Origin: Chloroflexota bacterium
GTDB lineage: Bacteria; Chloroflexota; Limnocylindria; P2-11E
NCBI GenBank assembly: GCA_005889075.1
Contig: VBDQ01000018.1
Span: 44,893 to 108,892, forward strand
DNA: 64,000 nt
Direction: 5' to 3'
In this document: piece after piece, positions 46,552 to 55,694 of the stretch
How the letters are laid out: the number at the start of each line of letters is the position of its first letter
How positions within the stretch are numbered: position 1 is the first letter of the stretch
The notes under the pieces: generated by a model
Told to the model about the DNA's origin: nothing
Seen by the model: only the letters and a program-made list of their open reading frames with translations
Database searches by the model: none
Translations under genes and position numbers: made by a program

Positions 46552-47832
46552 TTATTGGACGTACGCCGCGCGGTAGGCCTCGAAGCGCGAATAGAACGAA
46601 TCCGTCGATTCGCCGAACGCGGCCGCGAAGGCCTGATGCCACTCCTGCCCGGCGCCGACCCGGGTGCACCAGTCGCGGATCGAAAGAAGCCCTTTCGCCG
46701 CGAGCAGGCGATCGACGGCGAGATACGAGACGGAGAACGGGTTCGCGGCCGCCGGCCACGTCGTCTCGAGCGATCGCAGCGTGACTTGCTGGGTGGCGCT
46801 TGTGAGCTGACGCTTCGTGAACGTGTCCATGTTGGTCGCGGGAATGAGGCCGTCCGCGACGAGGGCGCGGTACGCGAACGATTCGGCCATGCCTTCGGCG
46901 ATCCAGCGAACGCCGACCATGCACGCGTTTCCACCGAGTGCGTACTGCCACAAGTGAACGTACTCATGCGCGGCGAGCTCGGTGCGCTCGGTGTCCGGCG
47001 ACCACGTGTCCGGTGCCGACGCCGGAGGATCAGCCCAGGCCGGGTTCGCCGTCACGATCTCGTAGCTGTCGCCCACCGTGAGGCAGCAGTAACGCTGCGT
47101 CCCGTCGCCGACGTACACGTGAATCGTCGACGCGGTTCGGCGCGTACCGCCGGCATTCGCATCGAGGAAGGCGCTCACATGCTGCACGCCCTGATGAACG
47201 AGCGCGATGTCCTCCGCCGAAACACCCGGGTCGATCTGGAAGCGGACGCCGATCGGATCGGGCGGCGTCGCGCGGGGCGCCGATCCGTCGGGATTCAGGA
47301 CCGTGACCTGCCAGAAGACGCCGATGTCCTCGAGCCACGACGCGCCCTCCACCAGCGGGCGTACGTAGAGCCGATAGGTGCCGGAATTCGTGGGCGCCCG
47401 GACGGCGAACTGGAACCACGCGACCTGTCCGGGACCGACGTACGGCGCGGGCTGGACCGCGACGCGGTTGAAGCGCGGCCATCCGGTGGCGGGTGACCCG
47501 AGCGCTCCGTCGCCACCGAGGATGCTGGGCTGGTCCTGCCCCGGTTCGCTCGCCCACGTGCCGAGGTAAGCGGCCTCGCCGAGGCGACCGCCGACCCAAC
47601 CGAGAGAACCTGAGTTGTAGTAAGCGAGGGTCGCGGTGGCAGTATCGCCCGGACAGAGCCGCATGTAGCCGCTTTGCCCGTACCACGCCGCGTGGAATCC
47701 GGGCAGCTTCGGTGGCAGAGATGTCGGGGGCGGGATGCCCGGGCCGACCTGGTCGGTGCACGTCAGGGCGACGACCGCCCGCGATTGCGCGAGCGTCGCC
47801 ACGACGAGAGCGACCGCGAGGAGCACCCGCAT
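46552..47832 (-). CDS. Secreted protein: signal peptide, N-terminal ~130-aa beta domain (paralog of the GHL10 C-terminus), and C-terminal HExxH putative zinc metallopeptidase-like domain
   Basis: MRVLLAVALVVATLAQSRA signal peptide. GFHAAWYGQSGY...WFQFAVRAPTNSGTYRLYVRPLVEGASWLED matches 25199..25600 protein-wise. HEYVHLWQ is an HExxH motif. Confidence 0.7.
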   Translation of the reverse strand: MRVLLAVALVVATLAQSRAVVALTCTDQVGPGIPPPTSLPPKLPGFHAAWYGQSGYMRLCPGDTATATLAYYNSGSLGWVGGRLGEAAYLGTWASEPGQDQPSILGGDGALGSPATGWPRFNRVAVQPAPYVGPGQVAWFQFAVRAPTNSGTYRLYVRPLVEGASWLEDIGVFWQVTVLNPDGSAPRATPPDPIGVRFQIDPGVSAEDIALVHQGVQHVSAFLDANAGGTRRTASTIHVYVGDGTQRYCCLTVGDSYEIVTANPAWADPPASAPDTWSPDTERTELAAHEYVHLWQYALGGNACMVGVRWIAEGMAESFAYRALVADGLIPATNMDTFTKRQLTSATQQVTLRSLETTWPAAANPFSVSYLAVDRLLAAKGLLSIRDWCTRVGAGQEWHQAFAAAFGESTDSFYSRFEAYRAAYVQ

Positions 47833-47910
47833 CTGCCGGTGGAACCGCCAGCGGCCTGTCCTGTTACGGCGGCAGGGACCCTTTACTTCTGATACAGGCG
47901 AGCCGACCCC

Positions 47911-48135
47911 CTACTTCGGTTCAGCCTCGTCCTCATCTGGCCAATCGACGAAGCGTTCGAGCGCCGCGCGGGTGATCCCCCCGGTACGGAACCAGCGGTG
48001 TCCCTCCGCCTCGCCGCCTGGGCAATAGGCCCACCCGCCCTGTTCGGCAACGTTGAAGGGGCTCGATGGATCCAGCGGCTTCTTCTTCCGATGGTCCTTC
48101 CGCACGCAGATGAATTGGATGAGGGCGCGATCCAC
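47911..48135 (-). CDS. Possible small protein (74 aa)
   Basis: ATG ORF MDRALIQFICVRKDHRKKKPLDPSSPFNVAEQGGWAYCPGG... with no family assignment. It borders the tRNA islet. Confidence 0.3.
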   Translation of the reverse strand: MDRALIQFICVRKDHRKKKPLDPSSPFNVAEQGGWAYCPGGEAEGHRWFRTGGITRAALERFVDWPDEDEAEPK

Positions 48136-48212
48136 AGGAAGAGATTACGCGGAATGTGAGGGAGGCTGACAAACGGCCTCTCTCGTCCTTGCCGTAACCT
48201 AATTATTTACTG

Positions 48213-48283
48213 AGCGGGTGGCGAGAATCGAACTCGCGATCAGACGTTGGGAACGTCTTTTGTTACCACTACAACACACCCGC
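48213..48283 (-). tRNA. tRNA-Gly (anticodon CCC)
   Basis: The minus-strand sequence GCGGGTGTGTTGTAGTGGTAACAAAAGACGTTCCCAACGTCTGATCGCGAGTTCGATTCTCGCCACCCGCT folds as a cloverleaf. It has a 7-bp acceptor stem (GCGGGTG/CACCCGC), a D-arm TTGT/ACAA, an anticodon stem AGACG/CGTCT with loop TTCCCAA, a T-arm GCGAG-TTCGATT-CTCGC and discriminator T. CCA is not encoded. Confidence 0.85.
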
Positions 48284-48304
48284 GTTCCGGCCCCATTTTA
48301 TGTG

Positions 48305-49255
48305 CTAGCCCGCCAACCTCGTCCAGTTGAATTCCTGCGCCGTCTTTCGTCGGTGACAGTTGGCGCACCGAACATCACATTGTTCGATTTCGGCAAACAC
48401 GTCTGACCATGCAGCGTGCGTGGCCAGACGTGCCACGTCATCCCTCTTGGCCGTTCGATCGCGATGATCGAACTCGAGCACAAGGGGTTCCGACTCGCCG
48501 CAGTCAACGCATGGATGCTCTTTCAGGTAGGCGAGAAGATGCGCGTGATTTCGCCCGCGGCTCCTTATTCGGCTCTGATGTGCCTTTCGGAGGTACTTCT
48601 CACGATTCAGCCGGTAGTGCTTTCGGCTGTACGACGACATACAGGCGAGACACTTCGAACCCCGCTTTCCGGTCCGTCGATTCTTGAACGAAAACATGGA
48701 AAGAGGCTTCATGACTCTGCATGTGCCGCATCGCTTCCGCACACCAGTCGCCTCACTAACGAACTCTAGAGGCCTCAGCTGAGGCGATACATCAACGAAC
48801 GGGTCCCCGGTTTTCTTTGACTGCCAGTTGAACTGAAATGCCGTGCGTCGGCGATGACAGTTGGCACATCGCACGTCGCACTTTGCGATCTCGTCAAGAA
48901 CGCGTGGCCACGGCTTATGGACCGCTAGCACTGTCACGGCATAGCGCTTTCGCGCAGGATCACGATGATCAAAGTCGAGCACGACTATGTCGGTCTCACC
49001 GCAATCGACACACGGATGCGCGCGCAGGTACTCGCGCAGCAGCGGACGGTTCTCTTGACGGTAGCGCTCGATCCGCGCGACCTCTTGTCGGATGTACGTC
49101 GATCGATTTCGCAGGTAGTGCCCGCGGCGATAGACGGCATGACAGGCTCGACAGCGACCCTGCCGGGTTCCCTTCGCCTTGTTCGCGAACGCGAACGCAC
49201 CGACCGGCTTGCTCTCGCCGCAGTCGTAGCAGCGGCGAGTCGCGGATTCGGACAC
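48305..49255 (-). CDS. Tandem-duplicated zinc-ribbon-HNH endonuclease-like protein
   Basis: Two about 150-aa repeats, each with CxxC...CxxC followed by HPCVDCGE...FDHRD...CDVRCANCHRR, an HNH beta-beta-alpha-Me signature. GTG start. Local GC is lower than the flanks. Confidence 0.75.
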   Translation of the reverse strand: MSESATRRCYDCGESKPVGAFAFANKAKGTRQGRCRACHAVYRRGHYLRNRSTYIRQEVARIERYRQENRPLLREYLRAHPCVDCGETDIVVLDFDHRDPARKRYAVTVLAVHKPWPRVLDEIAKCDVRCANCHRRRTAFQFNWQSKKTGDPFVDVSPQLRPLEFVSEATGVRKRCGTCRVMKPLSMFSFKNRRTGKRGSKCLACMSSYSRKHYRLNREKYLRKAHQSRIRSRGRNHAHLLAYLKEHPCVDCGESEPLVLEFDHRDRTAKRDDVARLATHAAWSDVFAEIEQCDVRCANCHRRKTAQEFNWTRLAG

Positions 49256-49396
49256 GAGCGACCTCGCGAGGTCCGGGTCGGTCCTTCCTCCGCCTGATGG
49301 CCTCTAGAACAGGTATTCTATTTAATCGCAACCAAAAAAGCAAGCGGCTCGAACACACCGGGCCACATAAACGACGAAGGCGATAGCTTCGGGCCG

Positions 49397-49804
49397 ATGC
49401 CCTGGAAGAAAACTCCACCAGAGATCGCAGCTGCATTCGAGAAGGCGAAGCCGACCGATCCCGCCATCGTTTCACGGCCGATGTTCGGCTACCCGTCCGT
49501 GTTCCTGAACGGCAACCACTTCGCCGGCACGTTCCAGGACAAGATCGTGGTGCGCGTCGGGAAGGATCCATCGTTCGCGTCCGCCAAAACGGCGAAGCCG
49601 TTCGAGCCGATGCCCGGACGTGCGATGGGCGGCTACGTGGTCGTCCCCGACGCGGTCGTCAAAAGCCCTGCGAAGCTCCGTGAGTGGATCGGCGAAGCGC
49701 GTGACTATGCGAAGACGCTGCCCGCAAAAGGTGCGCGCCCAACCAAAGCGATCGCCGTCAACACGGCCAAAACGGCGAAGGCGACAAAGAAGAAGCGGTC
49801 CTAG
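49397..49804 (+). CDS. TfoX N-terminal-domain protein with a Lys/Ala-rich C-terminal tail
   Basis: RPMFGYPSVFLNGNHFAGTFQDKIVVRVGKD...KPFEPMPGRAMGGYVVVP fits the TfoX_N pattern (MFGG-G-Y--G--FA). Tail TAKTAKATKKKRS. Confidence 0.65.
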   Translation: MPWKKTPPEIAAAFEKAKPTDPAIVSRPMFGYPSVFLNGNHFAGTFQDKIVVRVGKDPSFASAKTAKPFEPMPGRAMGGYVVVPDAVVKSPAKLREWIGEARDYAKTLPAKGARPTKAIAVNTAKTAKATKKKRS

Positions 49805-51786
49805 CGGACCGGCATCCTCCGCGCGGAGAGCGGGATCGACTCCTGCACTTCTTCCGCAGGCTGCTCCGTGGCGCTGATCACCACGCCCGCGGCGAGCGCG
49901 AGACACGCCCCGACGAACGCCGCGATGAAGAGCACGCTGGACGCCGGACGTTCAGGGGCGGACGCGATGGGCGACCACGACTCCGCGAGCATGAACAGGA
50001 TGACGGCGCCCGAGACGACGCCGCTGCCGACCGCGAAGACGTAGAGGGCGAACCATCGCTTCGGCCGCCGGAGCATCGTGTCGAACAACGTCCGCATCAG
50101 GCGCGTCACGGTCCAGACGGTGAGCGCGGCCAGAGTCCACATCAGCACCGTCGCGATCCATGTCTCGCTGGCGGCGCTTGCGAGCCGCGATACGAGGTTC
50201 ACCATCTGCTTGCCCAGCTCATTTGCGTCGAGCTGGGTCATGAGCGGTCCGAAGCGGTCGTTCGGCGACTGCAGAAGGGTCACCAGGGCAGCCTTCGTGT
50301 CCGCGGCACGCCCCGGACTGAAGAGCGAATCTTGTCGCAGCGAGAGGCCGGTCTGCGCGAACGCGCCGAGTGACTGTGCGCCAAGCGCGATCGCGAAGAC
50401 CATCGTCAGCACGGAGCCGACACCAACGGTGATCACGCCCGTCAGCCCGAAGACTGCGGCGGTCGTGAGGATGAGCGCTGGCGCGAGCCCGAGCGGCGTC
50501 AGCACCGGCATCGCCATACCGAGAGCGACCTGTTCCGGCGAGATATCCCGGAGCCAGATGTACACGCCGACGACCGCGAAGACGAACGCAAGTCCCGGAA
50601 CGAACACGAAGACGAATGCGGTGAGCATCACCCAGGAGATCGCGAGGGCGATCCCGAGCTGCCCGGCGATGCCCACGACGGCCACGAGCGCGGCCGCGAG
50701 CAGCGCACCAACCGGCTCGAACCCGGCGAGCGTCGCCATCGCGAAGACCGGCAGGGCCGTGAAGAGGGCGAAGAACACGGTGCGGATCCAATGCCCGTAG
50801 CTCGAAAGCAGGGCGACCACCGGACTCTGTTCGGTCCGTGGCACAAAGTCCTGCAGGGGATCGGTCATCACCATCCGCGTGGTGGCGAGCTCTTTGTCGA
50901 TGTTCTCGATCCGATGAAGGGCTGACGCGAAGTCGCTCGCCTTCTGGAAGCGTAGGTTCGGCTGCTTCGCGAGGGCCTTCAGCACGACGCTGTCGACCTC
51001 CTTGGGCAAGGAAGGACGAAGGTGGCTCGGTGGGACCGGCTGGCGTACGAGGTGATCGCGCAGCAGCACGGCCGCATTCGAGCTCGTGAACGGCGGCTTG
51101 CCGACGAGCCCCTCGTAGAGGACGAGCCCCAGGCCATAGATGTCCGACTGCACCGAGGCCTGCCTGCCTTCGACACGCTCGGGCGCGACATACATCGCGG
51201 TCGCGTAGAGCTGCGGCGTGTCCGCATCTTCCTGGGGAGTACGCGCGATCCCGAAGTCGCAGATCTTGGCGACGTCGGCGGCGTCGAAGAGGATGTTCGA
51301 CGGCTTGAGGTCGGCGTGAACGATCCCCTTCGAGTGCGCGAACGCGAGGCCGTCCGCGATCTCCGTGGCGACCTTCACCGCCTCGCCCGGCTTGAGCGGT
51401 CCGGTGGTCTCGAGGCGCTGCTTGAGCGACCCACCGCCGAGGTACTCCATGACGATGAAGGGCGAGTCGTCGACCTCGCCGACGTCGTACACCGCGACGA
51501 TATTCGGGTGAGAGAGCTGCGCGAGCGCGCGCGCCTCTTTCACGAACATGTTGCGGGTCTTCCCGTCTGCCGCGGCCGCGGGATCGAGGACCTTCAGCGC
51601 GACGTCGCGGTTCAATGCTTGATCGCGGGCCAAGTAGACCTGCGACGAGCCGCCTACTCCGAGCGGCTCCTCGATCTTGTAACGACCTTCTAGAACCCGC
51701 TCCATTCCCAACTCCGTGCCCCTCGCTCGCTCGCCGACTATAGCGCCGGCGTTACGTGTGACGACATGTGCAAGCGGGTTCGACAT
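49801..51786 (-). CDS. Hanks-type Ser/Thr protein kinase fused to a C-terminal ~10-TM membrane domain
   Basis: GGSSQVY...ALKVL (VAIK), HADLKPSNIL (HRDLKPxN), DFGIA (DFG) and APE (YVAPE). About 330 aa of polytopic membrane domain follow. Alternative start ATG 51705 (MERVLEGRYKIEE). Confidence 0.85.
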   Translation of the reverse strand: MSNPLAHVVTRNAGAIVGERARGTELGMERVLEGRYKIEEPLGVGGSSQVYLARDQALNRDVALKVLDPAAAADGKTRNMFVKEARALAQLSHPNIVAVYDVGEVDDSPFIVMEYLGGGSLKQRLETTGPLKPGEAVKVATEIADGLAFAHSKGIVHADLKPSNILFDAADVAKICDFGIARTPQEDADTPQLYATAMYVAPERVEGRQASVQSDIYGLGLVLYEGLVGKPPFTSSNAAVLLRDHLVRQPVPPSHLRPSLPKEVDSVVLKALAKQPNLRFQKASDFASALHRIENIDKELATTRMVMTDPLQDFVPRTEQSPVVALLSSYGHWIRTVFFALFTALPVFAMATLAGFEPVGALLAAALVAVVGIAGQLGIALAISWVMLTAFVFVFVPGLAFVFAVVGVYIWLRDISPEQVALGMAMPVLTPLGLAPALILTTAAVFGLTGVITVGVGSVLTMVFAIALGAQSLGAFAQTGLSLRQDSLFSPGRAADTKAALVTLLQSPNDRFGPLMTQLDANELGKQMVNLVSRLASAASETWIATVLMWTLAALTVWTVTRLMRTLFDTMLRRPKRWFALYVFAVGSGVVSGAVILFMLAESWSPIASAPERPASSVLFIAAFVGACLALAAGVVISATEQPAEEVQESIPLSARRMPVR

Positions 51787-51942
51787 AGCACCTGCCCCTT
51801 CCGACCCCGCCTCCCCAGTTCGTGAACGAGGCGCGCGTAGACCCGTTTCGACTCGCCACCGAACGGATACTTCGCGCGCGAGGCGCTAGTGCGGAGCGAA
51901 GCAAAGCAGCAGGACGGTCGGGCGCGATTTGCGCACGACCAC

Positions 51943-52857
51943 CTACGGCTTGGTGGTCGTTCCGCTCGTGGTGCTCTTCGCGGGCAGCTTTCGATCGACG
52001 AACGTGGCGACCTCGGTGCCGAGCTTGGCCTTTAGGGCCGTCGCCTGATCCGCGGTGATCTTGTTCGCCGTGACCGCTTGGTCAATGCGAGCGCTCGCCG
52101 CATTCACCAGCGCACCCACGAGCCCATCGCGGCTCTTGCCGGGTGTCGTGCTCGCGATCTCGCCGAGGCTCTTTCCCGCAGCCAGCTGAGCGCGGATGTC
52201 CTGCGGGGCCAGGCCGAGGTACGTCTGGCCCGCCTGCAGAAGGTCGCCGAGGAAGCTCTTCACGTTCGTGCCGACCGCGGTCGTGCGCGGCTTGGCCCAC
52301 GTGCGGTCGACGAACGTCGCCACCCGACCAGGGAGGGCGTCGTGGAGCTTTTTCGCTTGATCATCGGTGATCTTCTTGTTGGCAAGGGCCTTGTCGATAT
52401 CGGCATTGCCGGCCGTCACGAGGTCGGCGACCAGCCCGTCGCGGCTCTTGCCCGCTGTCCCGTTGGCGAGTGAGCCGAGGCTCGTTCCAGGGAGCTTGGC
52501 GCGCAGGTCCTTGTCGGTCATGCCCAGATACTTCGCGGACTCGCCAAGGAAGTCGCGGATCACCGCTTCGACCTTTACGCGCGTGCCGGCCGCGTCCTTG
52601 AGCGCGGCCAGGATCGCGTCTTCCTGGGCCTGAGTGATCACGCCTTTGGCTCGCAGGCCGTCGAGGAGGTCCTTGAGCTTGTCGTGCTTGATGTCGTTCG
52701 TCGCGACCAGGTTGCTTTGACCGAACAGGGCATCGGTGGTGGTGGCGGAGGCGTCAGGGGCGAACGCGGCGAAGGCGACCGCACCAAAAAGACCGACGCT
52801 GACAATGGCCGCCCCGATCGCGAGAGAGACCTTTCGATTGATGGACCGCATTTCCAC
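51943..52857 (-). CDS. Secreted/anchored protein with two ~95-aa internal repeats
   Basis: Signal/anchor VSLAIGAAIVSVGLFGAVAFAAFA. Repeats ...YLGMTDKDLRAKLPG...KSRDGLVADLV...FVDRTWAKP and ...YLGLAPQDIRAQLAAG...KSRDGLVGALV...FVDRKLPAK. Confidence 0.6.
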   Translation of the reverse strand: MEMRSINRKVSLAIGAAIVSVGLFGAVAFAAFAPDASATTTDALFGQSNLVATNDIKHDKLKDLLDGLRAKGVITQAQEDAILAALKDAAGTRVKVEAVIRDFLGESAKYLGMTDKDLRAKLPGTSLGSLANGTAGKSRDGLVADLVTAGNADIDKALANKKITDDQAKKLHDALPGRVATFVDRTWAKPRTTAVGTNVKSFLGDLLQAGQTYLGLAPQDIRAQLAAGKSLGEIASTTPGKSRDGLVGALVNAASARIDQAVTANKITADQATALKAKLGTEVATFVDRKLPAKSTTSGTTTKP

Positions 52858-52974
52858 GCCTCCTCTGACGTCTTGCCCTTGACTACCACCTGTCTAACGC
52901 ATCTGTTTCCCACGCATGCCTGGTTGGCGGGCGCCGCGCGAAGTCCTTACATCCGCTTAACATCCTCGTGCTCC

Positions 52975-54393
52975 GTGCGGATCACGTTCGCGGCCGCCGA
53001 GGTCGCTCCCTACGCCAAGGTCGGCGGCCTCGCCGATGTGGCAGGCTCGCTGCCGCAGGCGCTCGCCGCGCTCGGGCACGAGGTCACGGTGTATCTGCCA
53101 CTGCACCGATCCCTCGACCAAACGAAGTACGCAATCCCCGGGAGCGCGGAGCGCACGCGCTCGGTCCCGTACGGTGAGGCCCACGCGCGGATCGAGTACC
53201 CGGAGATCGTGCGGGATGGCGTGCGCACCGTCTTCGTCAAGCATGCTCGGATCGGTCGCGACAAGGTCTACGGCTATCCCGACGACGCGAAGCGGTACGC
53301 GCTCTTCTGCCGAGCTGTGGTCGCGGATCTCATCGACGCGCCTCCCGACATCGTCCACGCCCACGACTGGCACGCGGCGCTGCTCATTCCGCTCGCGGCG
53401 CGAACGCGCCGGCTCTCCGGGGCCGCGACCGTCTTCACGATCCACAACCTCGCGTACCAGGGGAGAACCAGCGCGGAGGTGCTCAAGCTTGTTGGCCTCC
53501 CTCGCGCGCGCCTCCCGATCGAGGACCGCAACGAGGCAAATCCGATGGCGCGGGCCATCGCGACCGCGGACATCATCTCGACGGTCAGCGAGCGATACGC
53601 CGAGGAAATCCTGACACCCGAATTCGGGGAGCGGCTCGACGGCATGCTTCGCGAGCGACGCGCCGACCTCTGGGGCATCACCAACGGGATCGACACGTCG
53701 TTCTTCGATCCTGCCCGCGACCCGCAGATCGCCGCGCGCTTTTCGGCTGACGATCAGACCGGCAAGGCGACCGACAAGGCCCAGCTCCAGAAGGAGACCG
53801 GCCTGGCCGTCGAGCCGAAGGCGCCACTCTTCGGCGTCATCGGGCGTCTTGTCGAGCAGAAGGGCGTCGATCTGCTCACCGCCGTGGCGCCGTGGCTTCT
53901 CGACAACGGAGCCCAGCTGGTCATCCTCGGCACGGGCGAGCCGACGTACGAGGCGAAGTGGAAGGACCTCGCGGCCAAGATGAAGGGCCGTCTGGCGCTG
54001 ACGCTTGGCTTCGATGCGTCGCTCGCGCAGCGCATCTACGCGGGAGCCGACCTCTTCCTGATGCCGTCGCGCTTCGAGCCGTGCGGGCTCGGTCAGCTCA
54101 TTTCGCTGCGCTACGGGACGATCCCCGTCGTGCGCGCCGTTGGCGGCCTCGCGACGACGGTCCACGACGTCGACGCGGACGCTGGACGCGGGAACGGGTT
54201 CTCCTTCAAGCGGTACGAGGCCGCCGCATTCGCCGACGCGCTCCAACGCGCGCTCCACCGCTATCGCGCGGATGGCGAGCCGTGGGTGGCACTCCGTACC
54301 CGAGCGATGCGCGAGGATCACTCGTGGACCGCATCGGCCAAGCGATATGTCGAGATGTATTCGGCCGCGGCGAAGGCCCGGAGGGCGGCGTGA
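52975..54393 (+). CDS. glgA: Glycogen (starch) synthase, GT5
   Basis: MRITFAAAEVAPYAKVGGLADV (KxGGL motif), a C-terminal GT-B domain and an E/RxxxE region. GTG start at 52975. Confidence 0.9.
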   Translation: MRITFAAAEVAPYAKVGGLADVAGSLPQALAALGHEVTVYLPLHRSLDQTKYAIPGSAERTRSVPYGEAHARIEYPEIVRDGVRTVFVKHARIGRDKVYGYPDDAKRYALFCRAVVADLIDAPPDIVHAHDWHAALLIPLAARTRRLSGAATVFTIHNLAYQGRTSAEVLKLVGLPRARLPIEDRNEANPMARAIATADIISTVSERYAEEILTPEFGERLDGMLRERRADLWGITNGIDTSFFDPARDPQIAARFSADDQTGKATDKAQLQKETGLAVEPKAPLFGVIGRLVEQKGVDLLTAVAPWLLDNGAQLVILGTGEPTYEAKWKDLAAKMKGRLALTLGFDASLAQRIYAGADLFLMPSRFEPCGLGQLISLRYGTIPVVRAVGGLATTVHDVDADAGRGNGFSFKRYEAAAFADALQRALHRYRADGEPWVALRTRAMREDHSWTASAKRYVEMYSAAAKARRAA

Positions 54394-55478
54394 AGACCGA
54401 CGTGAAGCGTTCGATCGGCGGGCTCGAGGAGCTGCTCGGGGCGCTCCCCCCTGAAGCCCGCGCAGCGGCGTCGCGGATCTTCGCCGTCTCGACCACCGTC
54501 GGCCGGCTCGACGCGCCGACGGAAATGCACGACTGGATCGCCAAGCAGTTCGGCTCGGTCGACGCGGTCAGCGCGCAGCGGATCGTGCGCGTGACGAATC
54601 TCGTGATGCTCGAGGGCGCGCTCTTCAACGATCTGCGCGCCCGTCGACCCGCCGAGGTCAAAGGGGCGGACGAGGTCCGCGAGACGATCGAGCGTTCGCG
54701 GGGCGATCCCTTCTGTCATCCCGAGACCGGCACGCCCGCCGACACGTTCGGCCGGGTGAAGGGTGCACACGGCATCACCGCATCGAATGTCGCCAAATAC
54801 GACGCCTACCACGGCGTCCTCGTCTTCGACGACCATGATCCGCTCGCCACCATGGACGCGGGTGTCATCCGAGATCGCCTCGTGACAGCACGGCGTTGGG
54901 CGGAAAGAGTCAACGAAGAGGACCCGGCCGCGAGGTACTACTTCCTCCTCTGGAACTGCCTCTGGCGGGCCGGTGGATCGATCGTGCACGGCCACATGCA
55001 GATGACGGTCACCGCCGGGATGCACTACCCGAAAGTCGAGCTGTTGCGCAGAAGATCACTCGCCTACGACGAGCAGCACGGCCGCGACTACTTCGACGAC
55101 CTCTGGCTCGTGCACGAAGCGCTCGAGCTCGGCGACGAACGCGACGGGGCCCGGGTCTTTGCCTCGCTTGCGCCGGTGAAGGAGAGCGAGGTGGTCATCG
55201 TCGGCCGTCCGGGGGATGACGAGCGCTCCCTCGCAGGCGCGATCGCGCACGTCGTAGCCGCCTACCGCTCCCGCGGAGTCGTCTCGTACAACCTCGCCCT
55301 GCTACTGCCGCCGCTCTCCGCAGACGGCAACGACTGGCGGCGCTTTCCTCCGCAGGCGCGACTCGTCGATCGGGGCGATACCGCGAACAAGACGAGCGAC
55401 ATCGGGGGGATGGAGCTCTATGCCGCGGCGGTCGTCGCCGGCGACCCCTTCCGGCTCGCGGAGGTCATCCGCTCCTAG
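54390..55478 (+). CDS. GalT-like HIT-superfamily nucleotidyltransferase/phosphorylase (DUF4921/DUF4931-type, inferred)
   Basis: SIVHGHMQM is an HxHxQ-type nucleotidyl-transfer motif in a GalT-like two-half architecture, plus CHPETG. The GTG at 54390 overlaps the glgA stop (GTGA), with a GGAGGG SD 4 nt upstream. Confidence 0.65.
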   Translation: MKTDVKRSIGGLEELLGALPPEARAAASRIFAVSTTVGRLDAPTEMHDWIAKQFGSVDAVSAQRIVRVTNLVMLEGALFNDLRARRPAEVKGADEVRETIERSRGDPFCHPETGTPADTFGRVKGAHGITASNVAKYDAYHGVLVFDDHDPLATMDAGVIRDRLVTARRWAERVNEEDPAARYYFLLWNCLWRAGGSIVHGHMQMTVTAGMHYPKVELLRRRSLAYDEQHGRDYFDDLWLVHEALELGDERDGARVFASLAPVKESEVVIVGRPGDDERSLAGAIAHVVAAYRSRGVVSYNLALLLPPLSADGNDWRRFPPQARLVDRGDTANKTSDIGGMELYAAAVVAGDPFRLAEVIRS

Positions 55479-55654
55479 ATCAGCGCAAATGACGGTCGGA
55501 CTTGATCGTGCGTTGGTACCCCTACGTATTCATCATCGAACGTAATCTGAATGGGGAGCGACATCGACGTGACGGGTCGATGGAACGCTTCACGCCCAAG
55601 CTCGACATCCGTCGCTTTGCGGCGACCGCCGATCGATCTTCGACCCCATAGCGC

Positions 55655-55686
55655 TATTGACGCTTGCTTCCCCCCTTGCGTAGTGT
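55655..55686 (+). promoter_or_regulatory. Sigma70-like promoter TTGACG-N18-TAGTGT, ending 8 nt before the NUDIX GTG (leaderless transcript predicted)
   Basis: Seen in the sequence, in an AT-richer 200-bp intergenic stretch. Confidence 0.5.
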
Positions 55687-55694
55687 GCGAGACA

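Noticed and set aside
46080-46967. 295-aa Bcp ORF as given in the track
   Set aside because: The N-terminal 145 aa are Arg/Ser/Pro junk. A GTG at 46532 gives a Bcp that aligns with E. coli Bcp from residue 1.
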